Assembly: GCA_964648275.1 (NCBI GenBank)
Contig: CAZYOB010000005.1
Span: 1 to 49,741, forward strand
Reading direction: 5' to 3'
Source of the DNA: an uncultured Pseudomonadales bacterium
GTDB lineage: Bacteria > Patescibacteriota > Microgenomatia > UBA1400 > MFAQ01
DNA length: 49,741 bases
Under the pieces are notes generated by a model. The model was not told the DNA's origin. It saw nothing but the letters and a program-made list of their open reading frames with translations, and searched no databases. Of this stretch, positions 26,187 through 33,343 are shown in pieces; positions within the stretch are counted from its first letter, which is position 1; the number at the start of each line of letters is the position of its first letter. Both the position numbers and the translations under genes were made by a program.

Positions 26187-26233
26187 ATAATTGCTCAGAT
26201 GAGTAGTTGTTTTGATCAAGTCTGAGCAATTAT
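26187..26233. promoter_or_regulatory. perfect 13-bp inverted repeat with a 21-nt spacer (operator or 5'-UTR hairpin)
   Basis: ATAATTGCTCAGA (26187..26199) and TCTGAGCAATTAT (26221..26233), 58 nt upstream of the ATG at 26291. Confidence 0.5.
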
Positions 26234-26290
26234 GCTCTGCTTGTGTAGAACATTAAAATCCATTCTTATTGCACATACAGGAGGTTTGTT

Positions 26291-27511
26291 ATGGCTAAAA
26301 ATAATCATGCTCAAACTGGCGAGATGATCGTGCGGGATATGTCCAAAAGGAACCCCGCGCTCTTTAGAGAGGCTAATAGAGTCGCCGCGGCTGTTGCGCG
26401 TCAACTGAACCTAGCCACCGAGAAGTTTTCTGAAGCGGGTCGAATTGGTGGGACAGTGAATGCTGTCGCACCCGGCTTGCTGAAGAATCCGGGAGCAGTG
26501 CTTCCTCAGATCACCACGCTCAATGCAGCAGACACGGCCGTTAGCCGGATGATGATTCTCAATACTCTGCTGTCTCCCGAGTTTGACGGTGTGCTGGAGG
26601 ACTTTCAGTTTCGTCTGGCAAATGCCAGTGCTCAGCAACAAGTTGATTTACTGCGATCCTTTTCAGCGGTCGACTGGGCGGCTTTGTCCCGTCCTGCTTT
26701 TGAAAAGAATGCGCCGGCTTTGGCGAAGCTTCAGGGTTTTCTTCATCACCATTCCCAGATGCGCGGAGTCGAGCATGCTGGTTTGCAGGATTTGTTGGTG
26801 TTGACCCGGATTCCGCAGTTTACTCAAATGCTGGTTTTGGCTTCAGGCTATGGAGAGATCATGCTCATGGCATGGGAAATCTTCCAGCAAAATCGAGCCA
26901 GTTTGCTTAAGGACAACGAGGAAAATAAGACCCTCGTGTCACGACTAGATGGTATTCTGTCTGAGTTTACCGAAGCAGAAATGCGCCGGTTGCAGAGTGC
27001 GGTCAACGTGGTTGACCTGACCGAGCAACTTGACCACGCACTACAGGTAGCAGAGATGCTTGCCGGTATGGAAAACCGGACTGCCGACATGCTATCCCGT
27101 ATCGATATCGATAAGATGCTGGTGAAGGAAATGGATACCCACACCGAAGCCAGTGTCGCGTCACAATTGAAACTCTTGGAAGAGTTTGTTACGAGCATGC
27201 ATCTGCTGACCAAGAACAAGACCCGTTTGGCCAAGATCAATAAAGCCATCGGTTCCCTTGATCTTTACATCAAGTGCTACATCGTATTCGAGCTCAATCT
27301 GGCCATGCTTCAGGTTTATATTCTCTCCGGGTCAGCGGCTATCCAGACTGTTCTGGGTAACCAGCTGCGGCTGGTAGGCGAGCGAACTGCCATGACGTTC
27401 TTCGAAGAGCAAATCGCGCCTTTCCAGAAGTTGACAGGGAACTTTGAGAACAATTTCCTTCTGCCTCAGCTAATTGATGATGACGGCGATATCAGCCTGG
27501 TGCAGAAGTAA
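26291..27511 (+). CDS. hypothetical soluble, predominantly alpha-helical protein (406 aa)
   Basis: SD AGGAGG. Terminator downstream. Leu/Ala/Gln/Glu-rich composition. No motif recognised. Confidence 0.65.
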   Translation: MAKNNHAQTGEMIVRDMSKRNPALFREANRVAAAVARQLNLATEKFSEAGRIGGTVNAVAPGLLKNPGAVLPQITTLNAADTAVSRMMILNTLLSPEFDGVLEDFQFRLANASAQQQVDLLRSFSAVDWAALSRPAFEKNAPALAKLQGFLHHHSQMRGVEHAGLQDLLVLTRIPQFTQMLVLASGYGEIMLMAWEIFQQNRASLLKDNEENKTLVSRLDGILSEFTEAEMRRLQSAVNVVDLTEQLDHALQVAEMLAGMENRTADMLSRIDIDKMLVKEMDTHTEASVASQLKLLEEFVTSMHLLTKNKTRLAKINKAIGSLDLYIKCYIVFELNLAMLQVYILSGSAAIQTVLGNQLRLVGERTAMTFFEEQIAPFQKLTGNFENNFLLPQLIDDDGDISLVQK

Positions 27512-27529
27512 GAGTGACGATTTAACCAT

Positions 27530-27557
27530 GCCGGTTGCCAAGCGCAGCCGGCTTTTT
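27530..27557 (+). terminator. rho-independent terminator
   Basis: Stem GCCGGTTGC / GCAGCCGGC (one G-U pair), followed by T5. Confidence 0.7.
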
Positions 27558-27558
27558 A

Positions 27559-27587
27559 TTGACAAAAAGAGGCTAATGTGATATAAT
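27559..27587 (+). promoter_or_regulatory. consensus sigma70 promoter
   Basis: TTGACA (27559..27564), a 17-nt spacer, and TGaTATAAT (-10 at 27582..27587). Both hexamers match consensus perfectly. Confidence 0.7.
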
Positions 27588-27638
27588 ATGGGATAGTTTG
27601 AGGCACTTTAACCCATTCCTTTTTGTCGGAGGGATCTG

Positions 27639-28220
27639 ATGGAAACTTCCTATAAAGTGATCTTTGGGACACATAAAGGTAATTTAATCCAGAGACTATT
27701 GAAGTTTTGGATTATGCCCAGAATGCCCCGCTTGGAGATCCTTGTCTACACTCTGCTGGGTGTTGGTATCTTCAAAAGAGTTTTGATGAATACCGTTGGA
27801 AGGATTGACAAGTATTCATCTCACCAGACCAACTACAATATTGGTAAGCTCAATTTAAAGAATTTACTTACCTTTGCCACCAGTCAGACAATGTTCAATG
27901 AAGGTTGGCACCTGTTCGCATTTCTTGCCACCAATCTTCCCTATCTTATTACCTGGTGGAACGATGGTCGTCCTCTGAGCGCCACCACCGTTTTCTTTCT
28001 GGTCCTGTCGGTCATAACCATTTACTGCGTGATGCTGCAGAGGTATAACAGGGCTAGAATCTGCCTAGTAGTCGAAAGATTGGTCTCAAAAGGCCATACA
28101 GTCGACAGCAGTTACAGAAATTGGTTGGCATTGGATCTGCCCGATCCAGTTGATGAGAATGAGCGTTTGATGAAAGAGTACGGGCTGACACATATATACG
28201 TAGGTCGTTCCCCGCAGTGA
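27639..28220 (+). CDS. membrane protein resembling glycosyl-4,4'-diaponeurosporenoate acyltransferase (CrtO-like family)
   Basis: NEGWHLFAFLATNLPYLITWW...VITIYCVMLQRYNRARI parallels S. aureus CrtO ELIHWISILP...IIIVQRYNRPRL (recalled from memory). 3-4 TM helices. Confidence 0.5.
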   Translation: METSYKVIFGTHKGNLIQRLLKFWIMPRMPRLEILVYTLLGVGIFKRVLMNTVGRIDKYSSHQTNYNIGKLNLKNLLTFATSQTMFNEGWHLFAFLATNLPYLITWWNDGRPLSATTVFFLVLSVITIYCVMLQRYNRARICLVVERLVSKGHTVDSSYRNWLALDLPDPVDENERLMKEYGLTHIYVGRSPQ

Positions 28221-28235
28221 TGCGGGGATTTTTTT
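28210..28235 (+). terminator. rho-independent terminator
   Basis: Stem CCCCGCA / TGCGGGG with the TGA stop in the loop, followed by ATTTTTTT. Confidence 0.75.
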
Positions 28236-28240
28236 GTCAC

Positions 28241-28266
28241 AAAAATCCCCGGCTGGCGGCCGGGGA
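28241..28266 (-). terminator. rho-independent terminator of the minus-strand operon
   Basis: Stem TCCCCGGC / GCCGGGGA. T5 follows on the minus strand. Confidence 0.7.
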
Positions 28267-28286
28267 GGAGAAAATTCTTTGAAAGT

Positions 28287-28385
28287 TTAGAAGCCTGTAT
28301 TGCCGATTACGTAGAATGCGACAACCAGGAAACTGCAGGAAAGCAGGATTAGCCCGATAAGGAGAGGGATGATGATTTTTTTCAC
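28287..28385 (-). CDS. 32-aa hydrophobic peptide (single TM), last gene of the operon
   Basis: Not in the ORF track. GGAGG, a 5-nt spacer, then GTG at 28385. Peptide VKKIIIPLLIGLILLSCSFLVVAFYVIGNTGF. It starts 12 nt after the stop of 28397..29569, and the terminator follows. Confidence 0.45.
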   Translation of the reverse strand: MKKIIIPLLIGLILLSCSFLVVAFYVIGNTGF

Positions 28386-28396
28386 AGTGACCTCCT

Positions 28397-29569
28397 TTAG
28401 GGGATTGAGAACAGCTTCTGAACAAGGGTGGCGTAGTTGACACCGGATTCAAGGCTGTCGGGGTCGATGGTGATGGCCATGTTAGCGAGTGCGTCAGATC
28501 CAATCCCAGTGGCTGCGAAAGTGTAGCTGCAGTATTGCTGAGGCAGAACCTTGGTGGTCATATCATCGGCGTAGACATAATCGCACGGTGATCCCGGTTT
28601 GGCGGGAACTACTACAGTCAGACTTTCCAGCCCGGCGTAGTTATGATCAACACAGGTTGCGTCCTGAGCAGGACAACGAAATCCCGCAACCAGTTGCGCC
28701 GTATCCATGAGGGAGTTGTAGACGTGTTGCTCACCAGGGGTGGTGAGGCTGTCTACAAAGGTCTGATAGAGTTGGTCCGAGTAGATCGAACTTCGGCTGC
28801 CATCTGGCATTAAGGGGGCAAAGCTATCAGCGAGAGCCAGGTCAGGAGCGTCAGCGGTGAGCTCATTAGCCTGCTCTCGGAGATTGTCCCCGAAGAAGAT
28901 CTGTTTGAGGTCGATGACCAGATTCCAGCCACCCTTAAGATCTTTGTAGAAATCGTAGCGCTGATCGAACCTGGTACCCGGGCTATTGAGACCAATCTCC
29001 TTGATGGTGATTGTCACTTTGGCCAGGGCGAGCTCCTGGAAATAGTCATTTCCGGAGGCGTCGACCGCAGGGATTTGAACATGCTGACCCTCCTCTACCT
29101 TTACCTCAAAATCTTCCGGATTGACTAAGATTTGCCAGTCAGTCCAGGTGAGGCTAATGCGGCAGAAGGTATCACCCATGATTGTATAGAGGCCTAAGAT
29201 GTCGCTTTGAACCTGAACACAAACCCAGCCGGCTCCCGGAGCTCCAAGTTCACTGCTGATGAGCAGGTTTCTGGTCTCCGTGTAAGCTTTTGGGCGCATA
29301 GCAGCGATGAAAACCTGGGCGTCGGCAGGAGTCCACTCCACATAAGGGGTGGGCTTGGCCAGCACGACGGCTGTGGCGTTCTGAGCTGAGCTATGGCCGG
29401 GTGTAGGTGTGTACCGAGCAAGAGCCGTGGTGTTAACTGTCGGCGCAGGGCCGGATGGAAGGTGGGGCTGATTCTTGAGCTGAAGGTAAGAGAGTGCAAA
29501 AATTACTATTACTGCGAGCGATCCTAGCAGAATCAGAATACCAATTGTCTTTTTAAAAAAATTAGGCAT
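28397..29569 (-). CDS. bitopic membrane protein with a 350-aa Cys-containing ectodomain, unknown function
   Basis: 390-aa ORF with an N-terminal TM helix (TIGILILLGSLAVIVIFALSYL), 14 nt downstream of the preceding gene. Confidence 0.65.
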   Translation of the reverse strand: MPNFFKKTIGILILLGSLAVIVIFALSYLQLKNQPHLPSGPAPTVNTTALARYTPTPGHSSAQNATAVVLAKPTPYVEWTPADAQVFIAAMRPKAYTETRNLLISSELGAPGAGWVCVQVQSDILGLYTIMGDTFCRISLTWTDWQILVNPEDFEVKVEEGQHVQIPAVDASGNDYFQELALAKVTITIKEIGLNSPGTRFDQRYDFYKDLKGGWNLVIDLKQIFFGDNLREQANELTADAPDLALADSFAPLMPDGSRSSIYSDQLYQTFVDSLTTPGEQHVYNSLMDTAQLVAGFRCPAQDATCVDHNYAGLESLTVVVPAKPGSPCDYVYADDMTTKVLPQQYCSYTFAATGIGSDALANMAITIDPDSLESGVNYATLVQKLFSIP

Positions 29570-29583
29570 TTTATGCCTCCTTT

Positions 29584-30594
29584 TTACTTACAAACGAAGT
29601 AGATGTCATACTTTGTTCCCGTACCAACAGTCATTTTCATGGCACCGGAGTTGTCTATCTGAGCAAGTGAAATGGTAAGACTAGTACCGGTGCTGCAGGA
29701 TTCCGGAAGGGGTGAGCTGATCGCATTGTAAACAACGTAGTCCTCAACACCCTCGGAAACCTGGTAGTATAGTGCCCATTTGATTCGGTCCTGAGGAGTC
29801 GTGCTTTTGTTCTCACCGGACACAGTTGTGATATTGTGCTCGGTCATAACCAGAGCAAGCTCTTCAAGGGAAAATCCTCTTTCTTTCTCTGGCCAGGGAA
29901 CGGCGACTACCTGAGGGATGGACGTGGCTACCGGTGTCGGAGTGACTTTGGGAGTTGGTTCAACCGGGACCTCAGTTGGAGCTTGTACCTCTACGACCTG
30001 AGTGGTCGCGGGGTCAGCTACTGTTGGCTTAGGAGGGTCCTGGACCTGAGAAGATCTCAGATCCAGGATCCAGGTGGTCGTGCTTTGGGTCAGACGTTCC
30101 GAAATTACATCTACCGGTAGGCTTTTGTCATCGCTTGTGTTGGATATATGTTGGGCAAAGGCTTGGTAGTCCCGCTCAACAATTTTTTTCCATTCATCGC
30201 GATACCCTTCCGAAATGTTGTAACACTTACCAACGAATACCGGCGAGACAGTGATCTTATCTTCTTCACCCGGTTTGGTCGATGGTTTGATGACGATCAT
30301 TCCATCGCAAGTAACAATAGGAGCGGATGGTTCCGGAATAGCATTTGAAACTACTCCGGCTACACCGCTCGCCTTTTGCTGAATGAAGCCGACGATTTCA
30401 GTCTGATTGCTGTAGCCGAAATAGCCACCAACGAGAAGAATGATAACCAGAAGCAGGGCGTAGAAGGTTTGGTTGATAAACTTGTCCTGCCTGATCTTCT
30501 TCTGTTGCTTTTTAATTTCCCTTAATCTTGCGAGTTGTGATTCTGCTCTGTGGAGATTCTGCTCCATAGTAGAAAGACCATTATTATCGGACAT
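29584..30594 (-). CDS. bitopic membrane protein: coiled N-terminus, one TM helix, and two ectodomains joined by a Pro/Thr/Val linker; unknown function
   Basis: I chose the ATG at 30594 with GGAGG 6 nt upstream. The track start at 30927 would overlap the SLT gene by 320 nt. TM helix FYALLLVIILLVGGYFGY. Confidence 0.65.
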   Translation of the reverse strand: MSDNNGLSTMEQNLHRAESQLARLREIKKQQKKIRQDKFINQTFYALLLVIILLVGGYFGYSNQTEIVGFIQQKASGVAGVVSNAIPEPSAPIVTCDGMIVIKPSTKPGEEDKITVSPVFVGKCYNISEGYRDEWKKIVERDYQAFAQHISNTSDDKSLPVDVISERLTQSTTTWILDLRSSQVQDPPKPTVADPATTQVVEVQAPTEVPVEPTPKVTPTPVATSIPQVVAVPWPEKERGFSLEELALVMTEHNITTVSGENKSTTPQDRIKWALYYQVSEGVEDYVVYNAISSPLPESCSTGTSLTISLAQIDNSGAMKMTVGTGTKYDIYFVCK

Positions 30595-30604
30595 TGCACA
30601 CCTC

Positions 30605-32161
30605 CTAACGGTGATTTTCGTAGATGGCCATGACTTTGTCGACGTATGAATAGCCGATATCTGATGGCCCGTAGTGCATAAGACCGTCACGCTGTGAACC
30701 CCAGTAGTCGATGAGCCCGCGGAGCATTTCGGTTGCATACATGATGTTGAACTCCGGATCTTTGAGCTCTTCGATTGAAGGTCTGTTAGCGAAACATGGG
30801 CCGTTTTTGCATTGGAAACCGGCAGAAATGCCATCTCGTGGCATAACCTGCAGAAGTCCGACAGCTCCGGCCTTAGACATGATGACCGGGTCACCGCCTG
30901 ATTCTTGAACCATGATGGCGGCGACAAATCTCGGCTCCAGGTCGTTTAGTACAGCGTATTTCTCTATGTACTCACACCAGCGCCTGATCTCTTCAGGATA
31001 TGAGGGTGGTAGAGAACATTCTCTCGGTACCGCTGAGACGGTCATCTGGACCGATCCCTGACTGGTAACGGAAGTAGTTTCTAAGCTGGTCACGAATCCG
31101 ACGCCACCTTCGTTGCTCGTATAGGTGACGAATGAGTTGGCCTCCCTTGGGGGAGTCAGACGAGTGATCGAGGATGCCTTAACTTTTTCGAGACCGACAA
31201 AGAAGAACACACCGACAATGACGAGAGCGATGACGAAGGGGAGTGTTGAGCTCCTGAATTCATCCGAGTAGATGACACCGACCATAAAAACGATGAGGAG
31301 AGCTGCGGCGAGGATGATCGCAATGTTTCTGAAGGGGAGTATCTGGACGATGATCTTTTCGAGCAGGCTGGTCTTGACGACCGGAGCCACATCTGGCAGA
31401 TCAGCATCGGTGACAAATCCCTCCATAGGAGTATTAAGGCTTTCCGGAGACTCGGTGCTTATAGCAGTCCAAGCTTGAGCTGATTGAGCGGGAGCAGAAC
31501 CTTCCACCCGACTGGGGTGGATCCACCAATAACCACTAACAGCCACAGGTGAGGTGACGTCTTCAAAGCTGAAGACGTTGGACCAGAAACCCAAGGTGCT
31601 ATGGTTATGGGGTGGAATGGTGCCGTTCTTCGCAGTAAGAGTACAACTGCCTTCGAATCCGGAACAGCCAGGCTTGCCAACAACCTCGTCGGGCCCAATT
31701 TCTTGGCCGACTTGATAGACATTGACCGGGTTGTAGGAAAGATGGCCCATAAATTGACGCCAGCCCTGACAAGGGCCCTGACCGTCAATAATGATGCTGT
31801 TTCCGCCACCGGCTCTATCGTACCCAACCCAGGACACCACGCCACCATTTTTGAAGGCGACGGTAGTATCAACCAGGTAATCCACGGCCGGCCACTGCTT
31901 TGCATTCCAGCGGTGGAGGCCGAGATAGGTATTGTCCCAGGTGATGTTGCTGTTGCCAGTGCCACCTTCGATGAGACGAATCACATCCATGGTGGGGCGG
32001 CGATCAGCGGCCGGGGGTTGAAATTCACAAGCTGTGGGGTTCTCAGATATCTGTGAACCTTGGGCCGAAACAGGTATGGGAATGGTTACCGATAAGAACA
32101 GCGATAGGACCACGCCCAACAAAAGCAGTAAAGAGATGCTGCGGTACTTTGACCGGGGCAT
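30605..32161 (-). CDS. bifunctional peptidoglycan hydrolase: M23/LytM-like peptidase domain, 2 TM helices, and SLT (GH23) lytic transglycosylase domain
   Basis: Signal peptide. AVDYLVD...GGGNSIIIDG...FMGHLS...GKPGCSG...PPHNH parallels the lysostaphin/LytM motifs (HxxxD, MHLS, PHLH). The C-terminal VAAIMVQESGGDPVIMSKAGAVGLLQVMP is the SLT E-S...GLMQ motif. Confidence 0.8.
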   Translation of the reverse strand: MPRSKYRSISLLLLLGVVLSLFLSVTIPIPVSAQGSQISENPTACEFQPPAADRRPTMDVIRLIEGGTGNSNITWDNTYLGLHRWNAKQWPAVDYLVDTTVAFKNGGVVSWVGYDRAGGGNSIIIDGQGPCQGWRQFMGHLSYNPVNVYQVGQEIGPDEVVGKPGCSGFEGSCTLTAKNGTIPPHNHSTLGFWSNVFSFEDVTSPVAVSGYWWIHPSRVEGSAPAQSAQAWTAISTESPESLNTPMEGFVTDADLPDVAPVVKTSLLEKIIVQILPFRNIAIILAAALLIVFMVGVIYSDEFRSSTLPFVIALVIVGVFFFVGLEKVKASSITRLTPPREANSFVTYTSNEGGVGFVTSLETTSVTSQGSVQMTVSAVPRECSLPPSYPEEIRRWCEYIEKYAVLNDLEPRFVAAIMVQESGGDPVIMSKAGAVGLLQVMPRDGISAGFQCKNGPCFANRPSIEELKDPEFNIMYATEMLRGLIDYWGSQRDGLMHYGPSDIGYSYVDKVMAIYENHR

Positions 32162-32238
32162 GGTAGCCTCCTTGTAAACTTTCTTGAATTTTCAAGGTGC
32201 CCTAGGTACGAGGGACCTGAAGAACTAGGTATGTCTAT

Positions 32239-32267
32239 ATTTTATCTCATATTATGTAAAGCCGCAA
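32239..32267 (-). promoter_or_regulatory. weak sigma70-type promoter candidate for the hydrolase operon
   Basis: On the minus strand: TTGCGG, a 17-nt spacer, then TAAAAT. It lies about 75 nt upstream of the ATG at 32161. Confidence 0.3.
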
Positions 32268-32278
32268 TTATTTATCAT

Positions 32279-32304
32279 AAAAAAGCACCTCCTATAGGAG
32301 TGCT
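32279..32304 (-). terminator. terminator/attenuator-like hairpin after a mini-ORF
   Basis: On the minus strand: AGCACTCC-TATA-GGAGGTGCT (one bulge) followed by T6. The 3' arm contains an SD-like GGAGGTG. Confidence 0.45.
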
Positions 32305-32314
32305 AGTTAGAATA

Positions 32315-32362
32315 TTATGGTTTGGATGCGTAGATACCGAAGACAATGTGATCCGTGTTCAT
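32315..32362 (-). CDS. 15-codon mini-ORF (MNTDHIVFGIYASKP) with a strong SD; possible leader peptide
   Basis: GGAGGTG (32369..32375), a 6-nt spacer, then ATG at 32362. The stop lies 10 nt before the hairpin at 32279..32304. Not in the ORF track. Confidence 0.3.
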   Translation of the reverse strand: MNTDHIVFGIYASKP

Positions 32363-32415
32363 GTAAATCACCTCCAAGATAAGGTGCAAGTTGCGAGCGT
32401 TGTAGGTTAATAAGA

Positions 32416-32442
32416 CAAAGATCCGCCTAAAGCGGATCTTTG
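32416..32442 (-). terminator. 11-bp hairpin downstream of rplA (probable terminator)
   Basis: Stem CAAAGATCCGC / GCGGATCTTTG. On the minus strand it is followed by TCTTATT (modest U-tract). Confidence 0.5.
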
Positions 32443-32468
32443 AAAAAAAGGGTAAATAATTTCTCCTT

Positions 32469-33338
32469 TTATATGGAACTAAGATTGAGCCTGACTGAAG
32501 GAGTGTGAGTGCAAGAGAGGAAGGCGGACTTAATCCTTGTAGAACCGATAGCTCTTAGAGTCTCGTTTACATTGTCAATGAGATCCTGTTCGTTCTGGGT
32601 GATGGGTCCAAGCGCAAGGTGGATGATGGGGGACTTGGATTCAGTCTTGTAAGGGAGTGTGCCTCCGGCAGCCAGATCTTTAGCACGTTTCTCAGGGTTA
32701 TCAGTGATGGTGCCATTTCTAGGGTTGGGCATTATGCCTTTGGGGCCTAGGACCTTGGCGAAACGGGCGAGTTTAGGCATGTCTGCGGGTGTAGCAAGAA
32801 GCATATCAAAGTCCAGAGATCCGGAATTGATCTTAGCCTCTACTTCAGGACCGAAGATGGCGATACGGAGTTCCTTACCGGTGGAGTGTGGAAGTTTGAT
32901 CTCACCTCTGACTCCAGCCTCGCGGGTATTGATGGTCAGTTCGACGGTTTTGAGTTTGGAGGATTTGGCAAGGCGGCTCAAGATTTCAACTGCCTCTTTG
33001 ATTTCATGAGTATTTTCGCGATCGAGTCCTTTGGCCATCATCGAATATTTTTTCGAGCGGGTGCGGGGCTTGATTACTTTTTTGACCTTTTCTGTTTGCG
33101 CAACTTCTTTTTCCTCGACAGTGGCTTTTGCCAGAACTTCCTTGACCTGTTCGATATTGTCGGTGTTGTAGATGGTCCTGATGGAGTTCACGTCCTCTTC
33201 TTTGATGCCTTCTATGGCCATGAGTTCACCATCGGTCTTGGCGATGACTTGTTCAGGTTGAAGACGGGCGGTGCGAAGAGCTTCTGCCACATGGACGGGT
33301 AAGTCGTTGTAAAGATTTTCCCAAATTATTTTTGTCAT
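32469..33338 (-). CDS. rplA: 50S ribosomal protein L1 with an ~88-aa N-terminal extension
   Basis: The L1 core runs from ~residue 90 (RSKKYSMMAKGLD...EAVEIL...VELTINT...LGPKGIMPNPRNGTIT...). The ORF starts 5 nt after the rplK stop. Its 289 aa compare with about 230 in a typical L1. Confidence 0.85.
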   Translation of the reverse strand: MTKIIWENLYNDLPVHVAEALRTARLQPEQVIAKTDGELMAIEGIKEEDVNSIRTIYNTDNIEQVKEVLAKATVEEKEVAQTEKVKKVIKPRTRSKKYSMMAKGLDRENTHEIKEAVEILSRLAKSSKLKTVELTINTREAGVRGEIKLPHSTGKELRIAIFGPEVEAKINSGSLDFDMLLATPADMPKLARFAKVLGPKGIMPNPRNGTITDNPEKRAKDLAAGGTLPYKTESKSPIIHLALGPITQNEQDLIDNVNETLRAIGSTRIKSAFLSCTHTPSVRLNLSSI

Positions 33339-33343
33339 AGTCT

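Noticed and set aside
30595-30927. N-terminal 111 codons of track ORF 29584..30927.
   Set aside because: They would overlap the SLT-domain coding region of 30605..32161 by more than 300 nt. The internal ATG at 30594 has a GGAGG at ideal spacing, overlapping the upstream stop.
21944-32468. Integrated prophage, ICE or type IV secretion system.
   Set aside because: Despite excisionase-type HTH domains, nearby tRNAs and a two-domain lytic hydrolase, there is no integrase/recombinase, no VirB4/VirD4/FtsK-type ATPase, no relaxase, and no capsid, portal or terminase genes. I also found no flanking direct repeats. rplJ-rplL lie in the middle of the region.
24352-32468. Compositional (GC) island as evidence for horizontal transfer of the rplA/rplJ insert.
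   Set aside because: Hand-sampled 60-nt lines in the insert (~57-60% GC) are similar to the flanking rplA/nusG lines (~55-57%). GC varies widely among clearly native genes (comEA is ~33%). Composition therefore gives no clear signal without a proper calculation.
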